From Octopus vulgaris (Eukaryota), in contig OX597814.1 in assembly GCA_951406725.2 (NCBI GenBank), forward strand, positions 220,348,001 to 220,412,000: 64,000 nucleotides of DNA. Direction: 5' to 3'. The translations under genes and the position numbers were made by a program. Positions 53,967 to 64,000 of the stretch are shown here, piece after piece. The notes beneath the pieces were generated by a model. The model was given only the letters and a program-made list of their open reading frames with translations. It did not search any database and was not told the origin of the DNA. Numbering within the stretch: position 1 is the first letter of the stretch; every line of letters begins with the position of its first letter.

Positions 53967-54837
53967 TAGCCATACAAAATCTGCATTAAATGAATTCCAT
54001 TTGACCTACACAAGCAAGGAAAAGTAGACGTGGATTTTCTAAGGGTGGAAGTCCTTTCTGTCACTAATCCTTATGTGTTTCCAAGCAAGCTAATACTTCC
54101 TTACACCAGCGAAGGAGAGAGAGAGAGAGAGAGGGGGTGGCAGTAATAAAGATGGTTTAATGAGTATTTGGGTGATGCTGTGTTCTGAAATCAAGTCCTG
54201 AATGAAATCATAAATTAAACAAGTGATCCATTTGAAACAATGTGCCAACACCTCAAGTTAAAAGCAAATTGAAACATTAAGTTGGAAGTAACAAATTTTA
54301 CAAGTAAATAGTTTGTGAAGTGTGCAAAATAAAACTGAATAGAAATTTAAAACAATATTTGTTATTTAAAACTAGATTTCATGCAGTGAGCATGTTTCAG
54401 ATTTTCAACATCCATCTATATCATTCCTGTTGACACAAATATCAAAGATTACGAGTCCAACAGCTTTGGTCAGATATTCCTTTATTAATCATCCAAACTC
54501 ACACATTCTCACCAGCCTTTAATCATTTTCAGTTCCATGAATTCACTTTGTGAATTCACTGAAGCGCTGGTTTTCACTACAATCAACATTCTTGGTAACA
54601 TGGTAACATGCAAGGTCAATGCAGAACATGTTGACAAAGTTGGATGGAGAATATCAATGAAGTATTATTTTGATGCTTCATATAACAAATATCTGATGTT
54701 TCTTCAAGTTAGTTTATTGTCAACAGCATGCACTGAGGAATTTTCCTTTTGAAATTTTATCCCAATATGTGTTTCACAGATAAAATAGTTTGAAGAATAC
54801 CCCAAAAGATGTTTAGGTGAACATACTATATATATAT

Positions 54838-55457
54838 CATCATCATCATCATCATCATCATCGTTTAACGTCCGCTTTCCATGCTAGCATGGGTTGGACG
54901 GTTCAACTGGGGTCTGGGAAGCCCGAAGGCTGCACCAGGCCAGTCAGATGTGGCAGTGTTTCTACAGCTGGATGCCCTTCCTAACGCCAACCACTCCGTG
55001 AGTGTAGTGGGTGCTTTTTACGTGCCACCCGCACAGGTGCCAGACGAGGCTGGCAGACGGCCACGCTCGGATGGTGTTTTTTATGTGCCACCGACACAGG
55101 TGCCAGACGAGGCTGGCAGACGGCCACGCTCGGATGGTGTTTTTTATGTGCCACCGACACAGGTGCCAGACGAGGCTGGCAGACGGCCACGCTCGGATGG
55201 TGTTTTTTATGTGCCACCGACACAGGTGCCAGACGAGGCTGGCAGACGGCCACGCTCGGATGGTGTTTTTTATGTGCCACCGACACAGGTGCCAGACGAG
55301 GCTGGCAAACGGCCACGCTCGGATGGTGTTTTTTATGTGCCACCGACACAGGTGCCAGACGAGGCTGGCAAATGGCCACGCTCGGATGGTGTTTTTTATG
55401 TGCCACCGACACAGGTGCCAGACGAGGCTGGCAGACGGCCACGCTCGGATGGTGTTT
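54838..55457 (-). mobile_element. Family B SINE with internal 63-bp unit amplified x7
   Basis: Units start at 55022, 55085, 55148, 55211, 55274, 55337 and 55400. Confidence 0.92.
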
Positions 55458-55791
55458 ATATATATATATATAATAGTCAAACAATAGAACTACTTAGGTT
55501 TTGAGGATCTTAAAAGGCAGTGGTTATATTGTGTGAGGGATGGGTTCAGTTTCTATGACTTCATAGAAATATAGGTAAAGAAATGTAGGGTCATTGTTGT
55601 CCATCATCATTTTGATGCCTACTTTTCCATGCTTGCAGATGTCAGATGGAATATGCTGAAGCAGATTTTCTAAGGTGGAAGTCCTTTCTTTCACTAACCC
55701 TCACATGTTTCCAAGCAAGGGAATACTTCCGTACACCAGCTATAACAATCCTCCTCCTTCTCTCAAGCAATAAGAGAGAGAGAAGAGTAAT

Positions 55792-55853
<62 letters not shown>

Positions 55854-58332
55854 GGATGTATCACAGTTCTGATGTCTTGGAATGAGTATATGATATACCC
55901 TGGTTTTATAAACATTATAAAATACTCTTCTACATGCTCACTACCTGTTAACAATAGTAGCCAATTCTCCTTCAATTCAAATCCTACCATTGTAAATAAC
56001 GAATTTAAAGAAAGAAACATTGGACAATGTTGTCTCTTGTATACAAAAAGGTAAAAAAAAGTGGGATGTTCACAGCTGGAGCATCTTTCATCATAGGTCT
56101 AAACAATTAGAGGTGACCTATGGCCAAACAGTAAAAATGATAAGTCTTTAATGATGGAGAAGTGAGTGTTACTGCTGATTCCAACAACTGCTGAAAGGGA
56201 AGAAGGACAACAAAGAAGTAATTAAAATTAGTGAACTAGAATTACTTTTATCATGTAGAAAGCACAATAAAGAAGCTGAAGAATGCTGATCTTCACTTCT
56301 TAGATTTCCCCAAATTCTATTCAACGATTAGAAGGAAAGCAAAAAAGAATGCTTTCTTTAAAATATCAATATGGAATTAATAGTGAGGAATATATATATT
56401 CAATAGTTTATAGCAAAAATTTTATTTGTCTTCAACAGGATATGTGTGTGACCTGCCCTGAAGTACATTGCCCAACTGTGTATACTTCACTGTAGCTTGC
56501 AGTAAAACAGTATCGCTACATCTTAACAGAATGTATTAATATAGTGGAAAGTATGAAGAAATAAAACACCTGCTCCAAGAATACAGAACTATCTAATCAA
56601 TGCTAGCATAGAAAAACAGACAGAAAATGAAGATAACAAAAACCAAAACAAAAAGAAAAGAAAAGAAAAGAAAAGAAAAAAATTGCATTGAATGCAAAGC
56701 AATGGCAGGTAAATCCTTACAGCTTCAGCTAACTTAAAGCAGTGGACCATTCTAGATCTATAAAGATATAGCAGAAGATTTGAATAATGCTTTTCTTAGA
56801 AATGAAATGTTTTGTTACACATACAGATTTTTCAGATGTAACTATTGATAAACAGAAATTCGAGCCAGTAGTTGTTCACACATGGAGAAGAAACCCAATT
56901 TAAATGCATTTCACATGTAGACTAACGTAAATTGACCATAATTAGAAGTTGGATTTGTAAATGGTAGATTAACTGTCCAAAAATCACCTCAAAAACACTA
57001 GTGTTAAACATAATAGTATGTAATTTTCTTCTGCATAATCATAGCACAAACTTGAGCAAGTGGTAGGTAGGTAGGCGATCATCTGATCCAACAATAATCA
57101 TTTCAGTAGATTCAATTCCTGTCTACAGGAAGAGAGAAAAGGGAAATCACAATATATATATAGAACATCAAGGGAAAGTAAAAGGAAACATTAGTATCTG
57201 GGAGAGTTGGCCTGAGAGCTACTAATTGGAGACATACTCGACACGTAGTCAACTAGACGTCAACAGATGGAGTGAGGAATAATGTAAAGTGACAAACATC
57301 ATTAAATTTCACAAACAAACATAAATGTAAATCAGGAAGGAAGAATATGAATGAATGAACAATAAGGAAACCAGGTAGGAATCAAATGAACTAATATCTT
57401 AAGAGAAACGGTAATAATAACAACAACTCTAGCACCACCAACAGTAATAACTGGGTTTGTAGTATTTGCTATTCAATTTAAATGTAAGATTACATGCTTC
57501 TGTGTATATCTCTGCTAGCAATAAAATTAGTAGAGGGAAGGTAAAAACAAACAAACAAACAAACAGTAACCAACAAAGAAATAAGATAACAAAACACATC
57601 ACAAGGGAATCATTCACTGTTCCATTAGCTGCCAATCTGTAATAATTTAAAAGAAATGATTTGTTGCAAAAATTCTTGTTTGTAAGCATCAATTATATAG
57701 GTGAGTGCGTGATGTACAAAGGTTTTCAACTAAAACATATTGATAAGTTGGAAAGTGATCATTAAAAGAGTTAGAGAAGAGGAATGGTAAACCATCAAAA
57801 TACAGACAACATACAGTTTTGCATCCTCAACCCACCCTCTTTCATATCAGTGAAGTTTGTATGCAAATTCAGACACCTATATATTGATACAGGTGTCACT
57901 AGTTGTATTGAAAAAAGGTGTTTTCTGAGTGATTGTGATGCCCTTTGCATAAGAAACTATTCTTTGATGATACAGGATGAGTAAAAGGCACCTTTTTTCC
58001 CCTCCCACCAGCTAGGTAGATACAGAAAGATAGAGTGGAACCTAACGGAAGGGAAGGGTATAAATTCAGGAGTATCAAGGGACTCTGGACAAAGCAGTGC
58101 AGTGAGGTCCCTGCGCATGCAACTACAGTATACATGGATTAGTAATGGGATCCTTAGACCTGAGGGGTTCTCAGGCAACTGCTCTATGTGCGCATGCTTT
58201 AAAATGTTTTGTTAAGATCACTCTTTTTATATTTTTTACAAAAATATCAGTAGAGAAAGAAAGATTCCCAAGACTCTGATAATCCCTGCTATACTCAAGG
58301 ATAAGAATAAGTGAAGATAGTAAAGTTCATGT

Positions 58333-58728
58333 GGGGGCATGTGGTTTAGTGGTTAGGGTTTCGGACTCATTATCAAAGGACTGTGGTTTTAATTCTTGAA
58401 TCAGGTGATGCATTGCATTCTTGAGCAAAACAATTCATTCGCCTTACTGGCGCTTGTGCCGGTGTGCAGGTGGCACATAAAAAAAAACACCATTTGGGCA
58501 TCGCTGCTGCCAGTACCATCTGACTGGCACGTAAAAGCACCCACTACACTCTCAGAGTGGTTGGCATTAGGAAGGGCATCCAGCTGTAGAAACTCTGCCA
58601 GATCAAGATTGGAGCCTGGTGCAGCCATCTGGTTCGCTAGCCCTCAGTCAAATCGTTCAAACCATGCTAGCATGGAAAGCGGATGTTAAACGATGATGAT
58701 GATAATGATGATGATGATGATGATGATG
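58333..58728 (+). mobile_element. tRNA-SINE head followed by family B SINE body
   Basis: GTGGTTTAGTGGTTAGG head, then family B body and (GAT)n. Confidence 0.75.
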
Positions 58729-59032
58729 CTCCAGTTCACTCAGCAGACAAAAATAAGTAATCCTGTGACAGTCCAATGTCCCCATCCAGGGGATGGGTAT
58801 GAATGCCACAACATCTGGGAAACCAGCCCCATGAGTCTCTATGACTCAAAAAGGGAGCTTTATCCTCTTGTCGTTCAGGTTCAGCATGGATTGTTGTAGA
58901 ATAATAGAAATGGTTACAAAGAAAGGAGAACATGGGTAGAAAAGCAATTCTAGAAAAAAGGCTCCTGTTGAAAGAATTGCACAAAGAGACCAAGAGATGC
59001 AGCAGAGTGAGAGGATATGAAAAGATGTAGAT

Positions 59033-59415
59033 AGGCGCAGGAGTGGCTGTGTGGTAAGTAGCTTGCTAACCAACCATATGGTCCCGGGTTCAGTCCCACT
59101 GCGTGGCATCTTGGGCAAGTGCCTTCTGCTATAGCCCCGGGCCGACCAATGCTTTGTGAGTGGATTTGGTAGACGGAAACTGAAAGAAGCCTGTCGTATA
59201 CATGTATATATATATAAGTGTGTGTGTATATGTTTGTGTGTCTGTGTTTGTCCTCCTAGCATTGCTTGAAAACCGATGCTGGTTCGGCAAAAGAGACCAA
59301 TAGAATAAGTACTGGGCTTACAAAGAATAAGTCCCGGGGTCGATTTGCTCGACTAAAGGCGGTGCTCCAGCATGGCCGCAGTCAAATGACTGAAACAAGT
59401 AAAAGAGTAAAAGAG
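59033..59415 (+). mobile_element. Family A SINE
   Basis: Colinear with 4948-5380. Confidence 0.9.
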
Positions 59416-59779
59416 AGAGAGAGAGTGGTTTTAAAAGGAAAATAGTAAGGTCAGTAAGTTCATAAGAGTAGAATTTATCAGAGATAGAAGAGAAAAGAGA
59501 GGTTATCTAGACCAACAGTAAGCCTATTGTTGTAAATGAAGGCTTATCAGGTACAACTTTTTCTTGAACAGGTTCTCAACTGATAAAACTTATTCTACTC
59601 GGTATTAGATAAATAAAAATAAGGAAATGCTAAATCAATAAAATGCTGTAAACTAACTGCATTAATAATTGACTTGAAGATGCAATCATACATTTTAATG
59701 GTCATATGTGTGTATGAGTGAGCATGCGCATATATATTCATAGATGAATATGTGTAAGCGTGTGTGTATATGTGTATGC

Positions 59780-60047
59780 ATCTATAAATATATATATATA
59801 TATGTTTGCATGTATATATGCATATGTATACACATATATGCATGCAAACATATATATATATATACACACACATATATATACATGCATATATATATATATA
59901 TATATAGGTAAACAGTAAAAATAATTAGACATGGACAAGAACATGAAACACCACAGAGACGACACAAGAACCACAGGACGGGACATTCGAAGCCCTCAGT
60001 CATCAGTCAAGAACCAGATCATCTTAGCAATTTCGGCTGATTAATCT

Positions 60048-60085
<38 letters not shown>

Positions 60086-60342
60086 GTATATACATATGCA
60101 TATATACATGCAAACATATATATATATATATATATGTATATACATATGCATATATACATGCAAACATATATATATATATATATGTATATACATATGCATA
60201 TATACATGCAAACATATATATATATATATATATATATACGTATATACATATGCATATATACATGCAAACATATATATATATATATATATATATGTTTGCA
60301 TGTATATATGTGTATACACACACACACACATATATACATATA
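59780..60342. repeat. (TA)n-derived satellite with CATATGCATATATACATGCAAAC units in both orientations
   Basis: Directly visible; non-repetitive insert near 59905-60050. Confidence 0.85.
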
Positions 60343-62183
60343 TCATCATCATCTTCATTTAACAACTCCTTTTCCAGTGTTTGCATGGGTTGGACAAAGG
60401 CTGGCAAATCAGAAGATCATACCAAACTCTAATGCCTGTTTCGGCATAGTTTCTATGGTTGGATGCCTTCCCTAATGCTACCCACCTCAAAAAATATACT
60501 GAGTACTTTGTACATGGCACCAGCACCAGTGAAGTTCAGAAGTAACTTGCAAGATAAGACTCCTCAACTCAGTTGGGGAGTAGTATTGTGGCTTTGTGAC
60601 AGGTTATGAGAGGTTAAAGTATAACTGAGGGAAAGAGCCAGGTGTTTTGCTGTAGAGGAGATATATGGCTTCCCCAATTGAGAGAGAGAGAGAGAGAGAG
60701 ATAGAAAGAGAGAGAATAGTGGTGAAGATGTGTCAGGGCATACTCTCAAGTGACAGGGAAGTGAATATAAGTGAAGTGGTACAGAGGGTTGGATAGGGTA
60801 AATGAGTAGGTAGTTTTGTGAAAATAGAGATAGAGAGGAAATTCAGTGAGTGGTGGACATGGGTAGAGGGAGGTGGAGTCAAAGGAAAATGAGTTGAGGG
60901 GACATGGTCAGGTTGAGTGCAGGGGAACAGACATAAATGACATGTTTAGGGCAAACAAGGCCAGGACCATTTTTTAAAAGGGAGGGCGTTAGTGAAGCCA
61001 TCAACCACAGTACTTGACTGATACTTTATCAAGCTTGAAAGGAAGTAAGGCAAAGTTGACCTTGGCATGATTTGAAACAAGTATGTAAAGATCTTTAAGC
61101 AATGCCACAAAATGTTTTTCCTCCAATTCTGCCATGATTCTGCTAATGAGATGTCAAAAAAAAAATATAATCACAACTTCAAATAGACATTTCTGATATG
61201 AAATACAAAATTGGCTTCAACAGTTTGGTAATAAAATATGATAGTTGTTTAAAGAAACACGTGTGAAATGTTAGATTGTAGGTGACCTAATTTGATTAAT
61301 TTAATTTATAACAATATTTTTCGCAATATCCTTGATTAATACTGCTTAATACAGATTTTAGAATATTTATGTTTGTTGTAATGAAATTTTGTGAAATTTT
61401 GGTCTAATTTAGGAGGCAAATGTTTTTTTGTTGTATGATGGAAACACAATTTCATCATTCTAGTGTTCCATATTTTCTATTGTTTTACTCTTTTATTTAA
61501 TCTTACTTAGTTTTGTCTTTTGCATAATTTGCTTAATTAAAATAACTTTCCCCTAATTGTTTAGATTATAGAAGACACCTACAACCACTTATTCCATAAC
61601 AAAACATCAAATATTTCTGAATAATCGGAATGTAATATCATTAAGTTTAAAACCTGAAATGAGCAGGTTACATGGTGGTTAACCATTAAACAGAGTTAAC
61701 CATTAACCCAGAACACCTGTATTCTGTAGAAATTCAACAGCAAACTACTAATAGATCTTTTGTCTTTGGTGAAAGGCTTATGAGATATTAACAGACTCCT
61801 GAGGTTTCCAGAAAGTAAGTGATCATATTTCTTCATAGAAATACATGCTCACACATAGAATTCTTTAATTTAAAAACATTATGGTATTATATATTTTTTT
61901 AAATTGTTTAAATTAATAGTTTAATATTTAGACCCCCCTTGGGTTTATTACTCTTTGTATGCTACTGAGAGCATGACAATTATAATTAAGTCTCAGCTTC
62001 TTTTCCTCCAAACAGAACATTTTAATATGGAATTAGAAATAGTAGCTGCCAATATATTTCAACAGAAATGTTGTGAGATACAATCAATGCTTGCAGGATA
62101 TGACCATATGGTTAGAAAGTTTGTTTTGGAACCACTTGGTTACAGGTTCAATCCCACAGAGTTTAACTAAGATTTACCTATAC

Positions 62184-62528
62184 CATCATCATCATCATCA
62201 TCATTTAGCGTCCGCTTTCCATGCTAGCATGGGTTGGACGGTTCAACTGGGGTCTGGGAAGCCAGAAGGCTGCACCAGGCCCAGTCTGATCTGGCAATGT
62301 TTCTACGGCTGGATGCCCTTCCTAACGCCAACCACTCCGTGAGTGTAGTGGGTGCTTTTTACGTGCCACCTGCACAGGTGCCAGATGGAGCTGGCAAACG
62401 GCCATGGACGGATGATGCTTTTTACGTGCCACTGGCACGGGGGCCAGACGAGGCTGGCAACGGCTACGATCGGATGGTGCTTTTACGTGCCACCGGCACG
62501 GGGGCCAGGCGAGGCTGGCAACGGCCAT
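62184..62528 (-). mobile_element. Family B SINE
   Basis: Colinear with 48527-48771. Confidence 0.88.
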
Positions 62529-62864
62529 GAGACTGAAATTTCTTTGAGAAACTGTGTGGAAACCTATCTATTCATTTACACATTCATTCAAACACACATA
62601 CACACACAAGTACAAATATACATACATTGTTCTCTCAATTCCATTACATCTGCTTTCATCAAACTGTCTCTCCACCTTGCTCCTCCCTCTTCCCATTATG
62701 TTGTTTCATGCTGTATCTTTATTCATCTATTCAGCCTCCTTACTGACTAATAACATGTAGCTGCCATCAATGTCTCTTTTCCATAACTTCCTTTCCAACC
62801 AATTATCTCTGTTCTATTCACCCTTTCAGTTAAGCTGTCTTGAATGAACAGAGACAATAAAGTG

Positions 62865-63665
62865 TGGTGAGGACTATTTGGTCTTACTTCTCAACCATAT
62901 GGATTCAGGTTCAGTCCCACTGCATGGGCATCTTAGGTTAAGTGTCTGCTACTTTAGCCTCAAGTTGGTAAAAGTATTGTGGTTGGATTTGGGAGATGGA
63001 AACTGAAAAGAAACCTGTTGTATGTGTGTGGTGTGGTGTGGTGTGTGTGTGTGTAAGTGAGAGAGTGCATGTTTGCATGCAAGTTTGTGCCTCCTGTCTT
63101 GACATCATATGATAGTTGTAAACAAGTATCACTGTCATACAAGCAGTGTCATTCATTTCCAGTTTTCTGAGAAAACATATCTGGCCAATTAGAAATACTA
63201 TCTTACGTGGAAACAAGTGAGGGTTGGTAACAAGAATAGTTAAGTTAAGTTGAGTTAATTTTTTGGCTCAAAAAGCAAAAAGCAAGGCCATGTAGGGGGA
63301 CATGGAGTTATGTACAGGGAGGGTGTTCATGCAAAGAGTTCAGGCCATTTCTGATCAAGAGAGACTTTGAACCGAGCGGTCGTCAGCATCTTCACTATCT
63401 CGTCCGGCAGCTTATTCCACGGACCCGCAACCCGGACGGAGAAAGCCCCTCTCCTTCGATTGAGATGAAATCGTCGCAGATAGAGCTTTTCGGAGTGACC
63501 CCGCAGCCGACGCTCTGGAGCAGGAGTGAAGAACAGCTCTTTCGAGAGGTTACATTTTCCGCTTATAAATAGCATCCATCTGTAGAAAATCTGCCTGAAT
63601 GAATTCCATGTGACCTGTGCAAGCATGGAAAAGTAGACATTGAAATAATGAGGATAAGGATGATA
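62865..63665 (+). mobile_element. Family D SINE interrupted by a CR1 fragment
   Basis: Colinear with 38083-38767 on both sides of the insert. Confidence 0.7.
63240..63567 (-). mobile_element. 5'-truncated CR1-clade LINE 3' end
   Basis: RRLRGHSEKL..RRGAFSVRVAGPWNKLPDEIV..FKVSLD; (AACTT)n tail; candidate TSD AATAG at 63235-63239 and 63568-63572; CpG-rich. Confidence 0.88.
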
Positions 63666-64000
63666 CCTGAAGTATGACTTTTTGATGAAGAATTACCAAA
63701 TGGCAATTTAAGTGAACAATGCCCTTGGAAGAGGAAAATGAGTATCAAACCTTAGAAAAAGGTACTGCAACAAATAGTGAGAAAACCTGTCCAACTTATA
63801 CTGGCAAAGAAAAGCTGGACATAAAAAAGTGATGAAGATGTACAGTGGATATATGTACCTGAAGGTGTTGTGATATTGATAAGCAAAATATAAGCTATAG
63901 AAAGACAGTCATTCAAACTTCCATCCACTCACTACTTTTGTCAGTACTCATTGAAATACTTGTCATACCTTTCTGTGAAAGTTCCTAACTTGATAGCAAA

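Noticed and set aside
54480-54720. Possible hAT dimerisation-domain remnant on the minus strand
   Set aside because: Similarity limited to a few residues; needs BLASTX.
55022-55457. CRISPR-like array or repeat protein gene
   Set aside because: Contiguous near-identical 63-bp units with no unique spacers, no cas genes, eukaryotic context, and located inside a SINE.

Overview
AT-rich, repeat-dense eukaryotic DNA. The SINE, MITE and microsatellite content points to an octopod cephalopod (inference). The only host gene visible is on the minus strand and resembles Sidekick, an Ig-superfamily neuronal adhesion molecule. It has two phase-1 Ig exons (8640-8903, 583-873) and a probable signal-peptide exon (9601-9691) missing from the ORF track. 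The rest is intron or upstream DNA filled with tRNA-derived SINEs, TTAA-flanked MITEs, a young mariner with one frameshift (52675-53966), older mariner, hAT, RTE, CR1-group and R2/Hero-type fossils, and microsatellites. Almost all listed ORFs are microsatellite or SINE artefacts. The most unusual item is a ~540-bp palindromic element present twice (941-1489, 16240-16780). Its monomer joins a tRNA-like Pol III head, an (AAT)n spacer and a minimal Penelope-type hammerhead ribozyme motif, so it may be a ribozyme-bearing SINE mobilised by Penelope-like elements. An unrelated 158-bp hairpin with a hammerhead-like core lies at 46107-46264. All alignments were done by eye and no database was searched.
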